Below are positions 14,454 through 26,152 of a DNA stretch of 64,000 nt, one piece after another (positions within the stretch are counted from its first letter, which is position 1; each line of letters opens with the position of its first letter). The position numbers were made by a program, and so were the translations under genes. Location of the stretch: NCBI RefSeq assembly GCF_006345805.1, contig NC_042999.1:142972001-143036000 (forward strand), written 5' to 3'. This DNA comes from Octopus sinensis. Lineage: Eukaryota. The notes under the pieces were generated by a model. The model did not search any database. It was not told where the DNA came from and saw only the letters and a program-made list of their open reading frames with translations.

Positions 14454-15629
14454 GTAAGTTGGCCATTGAACTAATTTTGTTTACAATAACTGCAGACATC
14501 TATTTTATTTTTAATTCTTTTGATACCAACATGCTTGAGACTATCCCTGCTTTTATGTTAAAAGCTTTAAAGAAATATATATTAAAAACTTCCATCAAAA
14601 TTTCATGTTATGTTTTAAACACCAGCTCAATAGCAACAATGTTATTTCACTAAATTTTTCATCATTTTTCGAATTGAAACACATGAGGTGTATTTCAATA
14701 GAAATTTGGTAACAAAAGTGTCAACACCTTATAAATTGCTTTTATTTATTAATAGTAAACTTGTGCTCATTATACAACCTAATGAGAGCTTTAAACTCTG
14801 AATTCTAATATTGTAAACCATTACAATGTATGTAACTGTCTAAATGGTTGGGCTTTTATCTGGCATATTTAGCAAATTTAGGGTTTCATAAGTAATTCTC
14901 TCATTTTTAAGATTTATGTGAAATTTTCAACAATCAGAATGCTGTTAACTAGCTGTAAGAATCATGATCTTTCTTGAAATTGTAAGAATTTCAAAATTGC
15001 AGAGATCATTAGTCATGTAACAGTGTTATTTTTGTGGTTTCCTTGTTCGTTTCCAATAATGCTAACATGAAGAAATATATTATTTGACATCTGTGATAAA
15101 TGTTTTCTCTTAACCATTTCATTATCATTTGATTACAATTTCAAAGTTGTTTTTGAAAGTTCTTAGTTGAATATTGATTAGTTGCTAATAAAATGGTTTA
15201 ATCCATTTGATACCAACCTGTTTGTGGTTGATACTTACTCTGGTCCTATAATAAAACATTCATATTTATTGAAACCTTCCATCATAATTTCATGTCCAAG
15301 CATCATCATAAGAGAAATATTATTTATCTAATCCCTTCAAATTATTGAAATACACAGGCAGTGCATTTCATTACAAATATTGTTGTGAAAGCATGAAAAA
15401 AATAACTCAACAAAATAGATTTGAAAATATTTTTTTATATTGACTGATCAAGGTGTTTAGAAAAGCAAAATAACTATAATTTCATCTGATATTCATAATT
15501 TCTGTCCTTTTAACTTGATACTTGTTAGTTCTGTCATTTTTAGTTTTGATTTTGTTTTCCAATGAAAGAATTGTATCTAAATCATTACTATCAGTTCTTA
15601 GTGTAATAAAATGTTTTTATATTTTGTAG

Positions 15630-15752
15630 AATCTCTTTTACTTGGCAAGTGATGAAGATACTGAGGTCCGTAAGAATGTTTGCCGTGCTCTGGTGATGCT
15701 TGTTGAAGTGAGAATGGATCGCTTAATACCCCACATAAATGACATCATTGGA
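15630..15752 (+). CDS. TNPO1: Transportin exon ([21 protein letters not shown]...DIIG)
   Basis: ttgtag / gtaagt, 123 nt. Confidence 0.95.
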
Positions 15753-15859
15753 GTAAGTATTATGATTTTGTTGCCTTACCCATGGCTGGTTTTTGAAATT
15801 TTGCCAGAAAGGAAGGAAATAGGTGCATGTAATTGTCATATCTTTGTATTTGATTGCAG

Positions 15860-16039
15860 TATATGATGTTACGCACTCAAGATGATGATGATGCAGTTTC
15901 CCTGGAAGCTTGTGAGTTTTGGCTTTCTCTAGCTGAACAACCAATTTGTAAAGATGTTTTGGCTCCTCATATTATGAGGCTGGTTCCTATTTTAGTGAAA
16001 GGAATGAAATATTCTGAAATTGATATTATTCTTTTAAAG
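15860..16039 (+). CDS. TNPO1: Transportin exon (YMMLRTQD...EIDIILLK)
   Basis: ttgcag / gttagt, 180 nt. Confidence 0.95.
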
Positions 16040-16142
16040 GTTAGTTATTATTTACTGTTAAATGATCAAATTACTATTGAGTTTTATGTTTAATTTGTTT
16101 CAATGTAATGAATTTATCCTATGATCATTATTTTGTGTGCAG

Positions 16143-16247
16143 GGTGATGTTGAAGAAGATGCTACTGTTCCTGATAAGGAATCTGATATAAAACCTAGAT
16201 TTCACCGATCTAGGACTCACAGCCAAAAACACCAAGAAGGAGAAGAG
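16143..16247 (+). CDS. TNPO1: Transportin exon, H8 acidic loop part 1 ([11 protein letters not shown]...QEGEE)
   Basis: gtgcag / gtttgt, 105 nt; KPRFHRSR motif. Confidence 0.93.
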
Positions 16248-16692
16248 GTTTGTATACTACTTTTGTGCAAATAATATTGTTTCCTTAATAGAAAAGTTTC
16301 ATTGTTGTATGTAAAGAGATTCAATTCTTCGGTACGCATTACATTTTTGTTTCACTATATGAAAATGCCATTTATACCTTTATCCTTAGGGGAATTGATT
16401 CAGAATTGGTTTAACTCTTTCAGAACTGTATTTCTTAATATTTCAATATAATCAGATTTTGGAAAAGGTTTAATAAAATATTTGTATATTAGATAGTTGA
16501 CCTACTAAAATTTCATTTTATGAAATTTTGACATTTTACTTTAAATATGAACACTTCCATATGAGTGATCTGATGTGGTTTAATATTAGGGTTAAATGTA
16601 TTAAACAGTATGACTGAAAATTAGGGATATATGGGTGATTATATGAAAGAGCATTGTTCTATTGCCTAATATTGAGTACTTTTATATTATAG

Positions 16693-16753
16693 GATGGGGA
16701 ATATTCTGATGAAGGTTTTGATGACGATGACAGTCTGTCTGATTGGAACTTAC
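16693..16753 (+). CDS. TNPO1: Transportin exon, H8 acidic loop part 2 (DGEYSDEGFDDDDSLSDWNL)
   Basis: ttatag / gtaagt, 61 nt. Confidence 0.93.
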
Positions 16754-16929
16754 GTAAGTCTTTTATTTTGTATTTGAGAGACATTGCACTATTTTCCACT
16801 TTTAGACTTTTTTGTTGTTGATAATGATCTTTCCGTAGCTATTTATAGAGGAAAGTTTTAACTGGCTGTTGTACTTAAGTCATATTAAAGTGATGATTGT
16901 ATTTAAATTATGATAAACATTTTGTGTGA

Positions 16930-17340
16930 GAATGGCTATGTTACATGGTTGTGAGTCATGGGCTCTGATTTTGGAGGACATACGTAGGCTGGAGAGGAAT
17001 GAAGGTTGTATGCTCCATTGGATTTGCAACATCAGTATACATGACTGACAAAGCACAACTGTATTGAGAGAAAAGTTAGGCATAAGAGGGATTAAATGTG
17101 GTATGCAGGAGAGGAGACTGCATTGGTTTGAACACGTGATGTGTATGAGTGAAGACATCTGTATACAGAAGTGCCTGTTGCTGAAAGTGGATGGTACCTG
17201 CAGGTATTTGGCAGGGATTTTACAGCTGGATGCTGTAAAATCCCTGCCAAAACAGCCTAGGGTAGTTTTTCTACCTGGCTGGCTCCTGTCCTACCCATGT
17301 ATGCATGGAAGATGGACGTTAAATGATGATGATGATATAA
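16930..17340 (+). mobile_element. RTE-like LINE 3' fragment with internal inversion
   Basis: ERRLHWFEHVMCM-type C-terminal RT peptide; (gat)n tail. Confidence 0.7.
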
Positions 17341-17434
17341 TGCAAAAAAAATGGTTGTAAAAGTTGGTAGAAGTATTAACCTTTAATCATTTCCAACAGC
17401 TTTAATAAATTTAATCTGTCATTTTTGTTTATAG

Positions 17435-17760
17435 GTAAATGTTCTGCTGCCGCTTTGGATGTTCTTGCTAATGTATTCCGTGATGAACTGCTGCCAATTC
17501 TATTACCAATCCTGAAAGAAACTTTGTTTCATGAAGACTGGGACATTAAGGAATCTGGTATTTTAGTGCTTGGCGCCATTGCTGAAGGCTGCATGACAGG
17601 GATGGTTCCTCATTTACCTGAACTTATTCCTTATTTGATCAATTGTTTAGCAGATAAGAAAGCATTAGTCAGATCCATTACCTGTTGGACACTTAGTCGA
17701 TATGCCCATTGGGTTGTTGGACAACAACATGAACTTTATTTAAAACCTTTGATGACTGAA
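17435..17760 (+). CDS. TNPO1: Transportin exon ([14 protein letters not shown]...LKPLMTE)
   Basis: ttatag / gtaagt, 326 nt; lies within ORF 17425..17787. Confidence 0.96.
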
Positions 17761-18159
17761 GTAAGTAGTTCTAATTTACAGCACTAATACCTTAATTTGC
17801 AACATATCTCTTGCTCTTGAAAAATTTCAAAAAATATTTTGTATTTTCCATTCATCAATTAGATTTCTTTTAAATATGCATTAATAGTAGAGTTAGAAGA
17901 AAATCAAAGATAATCAGTTCATTCAAGCATTTATTTTTATCTGGTCAAAAAATGATTTGTGACAGGAAGCTGCAAAATGGTGTTTTAATATCTTCATCTA
18001 ACCTGTGCCAGCATATACAAACAGATATAAAAGCAAATGAACAAATGTCTATATGTGTGCATCAATAACACTTGCATTAAAGAAAAAACTTTCATAAAAA
18101 AACCTATTTCAGTAAGCTTACATTATTTACATTTGACGGATATTTGTCCTCATCTTGTT

Positions 18160-18203
18160 TAAAACATTTCGGATTATATACCCTCTAGCCTTCACCAGGT
18201 GTC
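18160..18203 (-). ncRNA. Degenerate hammerhead copy in the inverted Penelope arm
   Basis: Minus strand reads GACAC-CTGGTGA-AGGCTAG...TCC-GAAATGTT, with a mutated core. Confidence 0.55.
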
Positions 18204-18265
18204 TTGGGGAAATTTCAAACCTGGGTTCTCATTCCTAAGGTATTTTTCGATATTATTATTATTCA

Positions 18266-18337
18266 GGTCATTGCTTGGAATCGAACTCGGAATCTTGGGG
18301 TTAGTAGCTCGCACTCTTAGCCACTACATCATATTCC
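18266..18337 (-). other. Second tRNA-like segment in the inverted arm, with intact B box
   Basis: Minus strand reads ...TGATGTAGTGGCTAAGAGTGC...GAGTTCGATTCC...TGACC. Confidence 0.7.
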
Positions 18338-20223
18338 CGTGCGCAATTATGGGGTGAATTTAGGGCTTATAAATCTAATATTTGCATATCCGTCCTTAAT
18401 ACCAGTTCCCATATGCTACTCATATCTGCACTCGGTCTGCTTAGGAGGTTGTTGTGTCCTAGCATATGTGCTGCTTCTTTTAGTTTTCGTATTTTCCAGT
18501 GATATTCTCTATTATTTTAACTTCATCCTACAGGGGGAGGTGGTCTCCATTTTTCCATACATGATCAGCTATAACCGATTTTTCCATGCATGATCAGCTA
18601 TACCCGATTTATCAATATCTCCTCATGTTACAGCTTTGCGATGTTCGCCTACCCTTATTACACTGTATGGATGGTGGGAATTGAAGTTTAGGTATCCTCC
18701 AGTGAAGGTTGGCTTGTGGTATACAGATGTCCTGAATCCAAACATGGTGTATGTTATTAATACATCCAGGAAATATAGACAACTGACTCAACACTACAGT
18801 AAACTACCACACATGAATGGCCTGCCTAAGATTCACAAGGATGGTATTCCATTAAGACCTATAGTGAGCTGTAGAGGTTCAGCATGTCATCCACTACTAA
18901 GTTGTTTCCTTGTGGATATAATCAGTCCATTAGTAGGAAAGTCAAAATCATATGTGAAGAATTCCACCCACTTCACAGAATTGATCAAGGATACACCCAT
19001 TGAATTCAACCAGATGGTGAGCCTAGATAAGTCTGTTCACCAAAGTCCCAACTGGTGTAGCACTATTGGTGATTCAAGAAAATCTAGTGACACACCCCAA
19101 CTAAAAGAACACACTAGTATACCAATAAGAAACTCGATGGACATGTTGACCTTCTGTGTAGAAACTACCTACTTCAATATGGACACTGATATATATTGAC
19201 AAGAGGAGGGTTTAGCTATGGGTTTGCCATTATCACCGATAATAGCCAATACATACATGGAATACTTGGAGAATTTGGCTTTAGGATCAACACCACTAAA
19301 ACCAACCCTGTGGCTGCGATATGTTGATGACACCTTTATACTCTGGTGCCATCAGGAAGATGTCCAAATGCTGTTGGATCATGTGAACTCAATAAAGCCA
19401 TCCATACAGTTCACAATGGAAAAAGAAAAAGACAATCAGCTAGCATTCCTAAACGTATTAATAACACACACTAAGTATGGATTCAGGACATCCGTATACC
19501 GCAAGCTGACCTTCACTGGACGATACTTAAACTTCAATTCCCACCATCCATACAGTGTAAAGAGAGGGATTGCCCAGTGCCTTAAACATCGTGCAAAGAA
19601 TATAAGTAGTGATCGTGATACTCACCACAAAGAAATGATCAAGCTCAATAACAATCTATTAAGCAACAACTACCCCAAAAACATACAATTTACTCCAATA
19701 AACTGTCCACTGTCTGTCTACCCAATGTGAAAGGCATATCCGAAAAGATACAAAAGATATGTCATGCATATAACATCAGGACAGTGTTCAAGAGTAATAC
19801 AACACTTCGCAAATATCTCCTTCCAGTAAAACCACCAATAGAAGAGAATATGACCAAAGACTGCATGTACTCCATCCCATGCAGCTGTAGTAGGTTATAC
19901 AAAGGCGAAACATGCCCCCCACTCAAAATAAGGGTAGAGGAACATCGCAAAGCTGTGACACAGGGAGATATTGCTAAATCGGGTATAGTTGATCATGTAG
20001 GAAAAATGGAGACCACCTCCCTCTGTGGGATGAAGTTAAAATAATAGACAGAGAACACTACTGGAAAATACGAAAACTAAAAGACGCAGCATATATGCTA
20101 GGACACAACAACCTCCTAAGCAGACCGAGTGCAGATGTGAGTAGCATATGGGAACCGGTATTAAGGACGGATACGCAAATATTAGATTTATAAGCCCTAA
20201 AATTCACCCCATAACTGCCTACT

Positions 20224-20295
20224 GGCATATGGCGTAGTGGTTAAGAGTGCGGGCTACTAACCCCAAGATTCTGTGTTTGATTCCAAGCAGTGACC
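20224..20295 (+). other. tRNA-like segment (A and B boxes) inside the Penelope pseudo-LTR
   Basis: TGGCGTAGTGG (A box), GCGGG-CTACTAA-CCCC anticodon-like arm, GTTTGATTCC (B box), followed by (AAT)n. Confidence 0.7.
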
Positions 20296-20357
20296 TGAAT
20301 AATAATAATATTGAAAAATACCTTAGGAATGAGAACTCAGGTTCAAAATTTCCCCAA

Positions 20358-20403
20358 GACACCTGATGAAGGCTGGAGGGTATATCAGCTGAAACATTGT
20401 GTC
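20358..20403 (+). ncRNA. Minimal type I hammerhead ribozyme in the Penelope pseudo-LTR (probably impaired)
   Basis: GACAC-CTGATGA-A-GGCTG(loop)CAGCT-GAAAC-ATT-GTGTC. Core motifs and stems I and II are present; the stem III palindrome AACGTT is mutated to AACATT. Confidence 0.75.
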
Positions 20404-20666
20404 AACAACAAACAAGATGATGACAAATATCCGTCAAATGTAAATAATGTGCATAATTCTTCACCTCTTAAGTAAGGTTGATATAAATTCCTTCAAGTCA
20501 ATTATGGCTGTCACTGATTTACAGTTCTCTATTCTACTTTTAATGTCCTTTCAAATTTAACCATTGAAAATACCCCTATCCTATATGTAGTCTTTTGACT
20601 AGCTTTATTATATATGTGTGCGTGCGCATGCACAAACACGTGTGTGTGTGTGGAGAGAGAGAGAGA

Positions 20667-20820
20667 GGTGCAGATGTGGCTGTGTGGTTAAGGAGCTTGC
20701 TTTCCAACGAATGGTCCAATCTCACTATGTGACACTTTGGGTGAGTGTATTCCACTAGAGCTCCTGGTCAACCAAAGCTTTGTGAATGGATATGGTAGAC
20801 TCGTCTGTGTGTTTGTATAT
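20667..20820 (+). mobile_element. tRNA-headed SINE, 5' part, degraded
   Basis: gtggctgtgtggttaaggagcttgctttccaac...acactttgggtgagtgt; related copies at 26153 and 48608. Confidence 0.6.
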
Positions 20821-23177
20821 ATATATGTGTATATATACACACACACACATACCCCCCCCACACATTTTTGTGTGTGTGGGTGTGCATATCTTGTATATGT
20901 GTATGAATGTGATGGTTGTAAATTAGCATCACCTTCATACCAATTATGTTGTTCAACTCTAGTGTTGTTCACACACAAGTGAACACAATTAAGAATCCCA
21001 ATAAGGAAGAAAATTAAGTTTGATGAGATGCAGTTGGGTTTTTTGCCCTCTTTCTAGTAAGACAACCACTGAATTATTTAGCTATCTGACTTGAAAACCT
21101 TTGACAGGGTCTCTTATTCAGTGATCTGATAGCCCCTGATGAAGATAGGAGTAAACAAATGGCTTGTGAGAGTCAGCCATACAATTTGTGTACTGGAGTT
21201 CTGTTAGTAAGGTGAGAATTAGCAATAAATTTAGGACTGCTGTTACCTTATCACACTCTTAACATTCTCTCTTGTCTGCTATCATTCTCATAACATCGTC
21301 TTCTTTTGATGGCCTTCTCCAGCTTTGTCCCCACTCAATATAGTTGCCCTTTCATATTTCTGTCACTGTACATCTCTCTCTATCTCACTTGCTTATTATT
21401 TTTATATGTTTTGATCTATCTATAAATTTATATTGCTGCTCTCCTCCTTTCCTGTACTGATGCTTATCATCTCCTCCTTTTTGATCCACTCCTATTTCTT
21501 CCCTACTATGCTGATATTTGCCATCAACCAAACCTCCACTCTTGTTCCACTCATTACATTTGCCTCTGCTCCCATCTTTAGCCATCTGTCACCCTTCTGT
21601 CATGTTCTAGTGAACTTACCCACTCTTCCTAATTCCTTGTATTCTCTTACACTCACCTCATGTCTTGAAAGTACACTCTAACAACTTGTCATCACCACCA
21701 TTATCTTCTTTCCAGCTGCTCCTACTCACCTTTGTATAATGTTGGCTAGCATGTATCTCCTCTATTGCAAAACACCTGTGCTTGTCCCTCTATCACATTT
21801 AAACTTCACAACACCAGGCGTAAAGCTACCTCTCTCTCTGCTGTGACTCAACTAGTGCATGTGTCATGAAATATCTACAGCCTGTATGTTGTAGAAACCT
21901 TGCCAAATCATGTTGGAGCTTGATGCAGTTCTGTAGCTTGTTGAATCCTAACAAACTGTTCAATCCATTACTGTTTGGAAGACAAATGTTAAATGATGAT
22001 GATGACATACTCCAAAATTCTTTTGAAAGATTTGGCAAAATGAAAATAAGTTCTTTCAATTTATATTTAAAATACTCTTTCAAATTCTCATTTAGCACCA
22101 GGTCAATCCTGATTGAATAGACCTAATAAATGCCTTTGTATGGATTATCATGGACCTAGACTTTAATTCCACAATATTGATTTAAAGGATTGTATGTATC
22201 ATATGACATTCTAGTGGGTCCTTCAATCAATGGTTGCTGTGCTTGCCATGTATAGACTATGAGTGAGTGTCTTTAATTCATGAACTAGTTTATTATGTCT
22301 ATTATGTCACAAGATTGGACAAAATGAAGTTATTTTCTAAAATACTCTCTTGAAAATGTTCTGATTGGGCACTTCTCTCATTAAAGGTGTTTTAGCCATG
22401 ACCATACTGCCTTCCTTTGAAGCCTGATGGATCAGTAACTAGTGTTACCTAGCTTGTGTGTATTTTTTTTTCTTAAGATGGAGTGATTTGAAGGTTTGGC
22501 TGGTATTTCTGGTAGCTCAGAAAAGTACATAGAGGCTCCTTCATTTGTTTACTTGGAAAATGTTTTTTGTGTTATAAATGAACCAAAACAAGTTGTAAAT
22601 TTGTGTTTATTCACTTCTCACATATGCATTCAGAAAACGTTTTCATCTGATTTATAACAAATGAAAGAGAAAATGGAATTCACAAAATTCTTTATTAATC
22701 ACAATGATTGTCTTGACACTTCTCGCATTAGTCCCTCACAAGTGAGATTCTGGACAACTGGTTGTGGTGTATTCTTCTATGCAAATGTCTCATTGGTTGA
22801 TTTTTTTTTCTTTTACTAAGTACCTTAATAAACTCAGTTTAGCTTGGTTCGATTATAATGCGCCATTATTTGCCTGTAGCTTGTTGCATACAGGTTTCAT
22901 GGTTTGGAATGACACAGAATGGATTGTTTATTTTTTAATGCATGTGTGTGTGTATATTTATATACATACATATGAGTGTGTGGTAAGAGGTTTGCTTCCC
23001 AACTATATGGTTTTGGGTTCAGAAAATCTGGGCTGGATATGGCTGGTTTAAAATTTAAAGTGTTAATATGCCAAAGAAAAGCAAGAAATGGCCTACAAAT
23101 TTGCCTGTTTCATGTTCAATTGAGTATGATGTACTATTAAAAATGCATACCAAAAGTTTTATATTTTTTCCTGTTCA

Positions 23178-23180
<3 letters not shown>

Positions 23181-23215
<35 letters not shown>
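23181..23215. repeat. (GT)n microsatellite
   Basis: Read directly from sequence. Confidence 0.95.
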
Positions 23216-23216
<1 letters not shown>

Positions 23217-23500
23217 TCAATGCCTTTCATCAGACATCTACAACCTGGTATCACATACTCTATTTTGCTGTAGGTGTACAATGGAAAATTTTATATGTAA
23301 TAGTATAGGTTGATAATCTGTTATCTGAAATGCTTGGGCTCTGAAAGTATTTTGGAATGATTTGCATCTATAAATTGGGATGAGCTAAATGTTATCTATT
23401 TAACATTTCCTATTGCAACTTATATACCATGGAGGTATTCTTTTAGAAATTTCATAAACTGTACAGAATGTATAAGAATTTTCAATTATGTGTGTGTGTG

Positions 23501-23541
<41 letters not shown>

Positions 23542-23547
23542 CTTGAA

Positions 23548-23776
23548 TTAACCCTTTAGCATTTAAACCGGCCATATCCGGCCAAAAGTATTCTGCCTGT
23601 TTTATGTTCAAACTGGCCAGATCTGATCTCTCACACCAACTCTACAATATCATCTTAAAAATTAACAGCTACCTCATCAAAATCTCATAGCTACAAGATA
23701 ATGCATGATTAGTTCAAAACAATGTGGATAAAGAAGCATTAATTTTGGCAGAATAATGTGAACACTAAAGGGTTAA
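23548..23776. mobile_element. piggyBac-like MITE
   Basis: TTAA|CCCTTTAG ... CTAAAGGG|TTAA; related copies at 35872 and 60655. Confidence 0.8.
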
Positions 23777-24235
23777 TGATGCTAGTCATTGTTATATTGA
23801 TATGGATTTATGTGGAATGGAAATTCAGATTTAGCATAAAGTTTTTTGATACTATACTTGTACCAAAACCATGAAATTTTCACTGCTTACGAAACATAAT
23901 TGTAGCACTAAACACTAAAATTACATTAAGTACAGCAACTTAAAATGCATGTTGTTTTGATTAAAAAACTACAATATATATTTTTATACATTGTGAAATA
24001 TTACTGCAAAACTCCCTATTTTGTATATGATACAATAATTGCATTACTAATAGTTAAAATACATTCTCAGTTAGCATGCCACATACACATCTGGCTGTAA
24101 AAAAATAATTGAAAAATAAAAAAACCCAAAAAATCACTCTACCACTGATGGAACCTTCCAGATGCTTTCAGGAATTCTCCATTCATGTTGCTTCTCTCAT
24201 GCTGAAAACTCTTTGAATTTTGGAGATTTGCAAAG

Positions 24236-24708
24236 AAGAGAGGAGACTGTGCTGGTATGGCCATATATAATGCATATGAATGAATACAATTGAATCAAGA
24301 GGTGCTGATCTCTAATCATAGAGAGGGAGCATGTGGAAGGGGTAGACCCAGGAAGATGGATGAACTGGTGAGAAAAGATCTATGGACATTGGGGCTCACA
24401 AAGAGGATGACAAGAGACTAGGCTGATGGCTGTGCTAAGTAAAAGCATGGTTGTCCTGTGTCTCTCTCCAGCTGAGCATTCCTAATCTTGCAAGCTCATG
24501 GGTGCTGGTGCCATGTAAAAATCACCAGTACTGGTGCTGTATAAAAGCAACTTGTACACTGTAAAGTGGTTGGTGTTAGGAAAGGCATCCAGCCATAGAA
24601 ACCATTCCAAAACAGACATGGAGCATGGATAGCTCTTCAGCTGGCTAACTCTTGTCAAACTGTCCAATTCATGCCAGCATGGAAAATGGATGTGAAATTA
24701 TGATGTCA
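24236..24708 (+). mobile_element. RTE-like LINE 3' fragment plus tail
   Basis: RRLCWYGHI-type peptide and the family tail. Confidence 0.7.
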
Positions 24709-24964
24709 ACCTGTATTAAAATACAATATAAAGCAGGTGTGAATATGTGTGTGTGTGTGTGAAATGACATTTATTTTTATTCTATGATGCATTTGTTTCT
24801 ATTCATGGATAATTTTGTTGACATAGATGGATTTTACAGTTGGTATTGGTACCTACTTTTAGCTGTCACCATGTTTGTGGAACAAATCTATCAACTTGTT
24901 TGTCAGCTGCCTTTTTAAACTGAATCTATTGCAATGATGTTGATTGTGATGTTTATCATTTCAG

Positions 24965-25114
24965 CTTCTAAAATGTGTTCTTGACACAAACAAACGTGTT
25001 CAGGAAGCTGCTTGTTCAGCCTTTGCTACCCTTGAAGAAGAGGCTTGTACTGAACTTGTTCCTTACTTGGGGTACATTTTGGAAACCCTTGTATTTGCTT
25101 TCAATAAATATCAA
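24965..25114 (+). CDS. TNPO1: Transportin exon ([20 protein letters not shown]...FNKYQ)
   Basis: tttcag / gtaagt, 150 nt. Confidence 0.95.
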
Positions 25115-25197
25115 GTAAGTTCCAGACGTTCTTCACTCAACTGAGAATTGATTTCATTTCTTCACTTAACTTTTATTATATAAATTTGAATTTAGAT

Positions 25198-25432
25198 CTG
25201 TTTCTCAAGGTGCAGTGTGGGCTACTAAAGAATGGGCTATAAGTAACAGTTTCTCAAGGTGCAGTGTGGGCTACTAAAGAATGGGCTATAAGTAACAATT
25301 GATTAAAACTTGCAATAAAATTTTAATTAAAATCTTCTTTTGAAAATATAAATAAATAAATAATATCTACAGACTTCATTCAAGGTGGCTAGGGATACAT
25401 TTATGTGGGGTAAAAAGAATTGAGAAACACTG
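25198..25432. mobile_element. hAT-like MITE with 8-bp target-site duplication
   Basis: ATTTAGAT at 25190-25197 and 25433-25440; ends c(--)tgtttctcaa / ttgagaaacactg. Confidence 0.75.
25200..25297 (+). repeat. Perfect 2 x 49 bp tandem duplication
   Basis: gtttctcaaggtgcag...gctataagtaaca repeated head-to-tail. Confidence 0.95.
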
Positions 25433-25493
25433 ATTTAGATGAAATTGGACATACAGAAACTGCACTTCTTTTATTTTTATTTTTATATTTTAG

Positions 25494-25613
<120 letters not shown>

Positions 25614-25670
25614 TAAAAGTACTACAGAATATTCTAATACTGTCATCAATATATTTTTTTTCTTTTATAG

Positions 25671-25757
25671 GAATATGTGAATTTGTTGATGCCTCCTTTG
25701 ATCCAAAAATGGAATGTACTGAAAGATGAAGACAAAGATCTTTTCCCCCTTCTTGAA
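25671..25757 (+). CDS. TNPO1: Transportin exon ([14 protein letters not shown]...LFPLLE)
   Basis: ttatag / gtaata, 87 nt. Confidence 0.95.
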
Positions 25758-26152
25758 GTAATATTTTTCTTCCTTGTTTGTTTCTGAATAAGCATCAGTT
25801 ACATTATCCAAATATTTTAATTCTAGTCATTTACATCTTAAGTATTCAATATGGTCATAATAGTATGTTGAAGGATTAACAGATTATCATTAAATATGAA
25901 AAATAGTTGCATTTGTATTTGTTGCATACCTTAGCATGTGTTTAGCAATCACTTACAATTGTGTGTATGTGGCACTTTGGTTGAGTGTCTTCTACTATAG
26001 TCCTGGGCTGAATAAAATCTTGTGAGTGGATTTGGTTGATGAAATCTGAAAGAAGCTTGTGTGTATGTTACTATCTTCTTGTCTTGACTGTATGTGATAG
26101 TTGTAATTTACTCTTACTATCACTCAAACATGGAAAAGTGGACATTAAAATG

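Larger units (their letters stand above)
18120..20470 (+). mobile_element. Penelope-like retroelement (RT plus GIY-YIG) with an inverted 5' arm, frameshifted
   Basis: Peptides KIHKDGIPLRPIVS, AMGLPLSPIIAN, WLRYVDDTF, YSIPCSC..YKGET, RVEEH. 18120-18763 is an inverted copy of the 3' part. Possible 9-bp TSD agtaagctt/agtaaggtt at 18111 and 20471. Confidence 0.92.

Noticed and set aside
19197-19199. In-frame TGA in the Penelope RT as possible selenocysteine, as in Naiad-type elements
   Set aside because: It falls where Y-R-Q is expected (CGA to TGA CpG decay), and the ORF also has frameshifts, so the element is simply decayed.
20224-20295. Functional tRNA-Ser(ACT) gene
   Set aside because: The acceptor stem does not pair well, the anticodon is atypical, and the unit is embedded in a retroelement arm. 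It is treated as tRNA-derived sequence.
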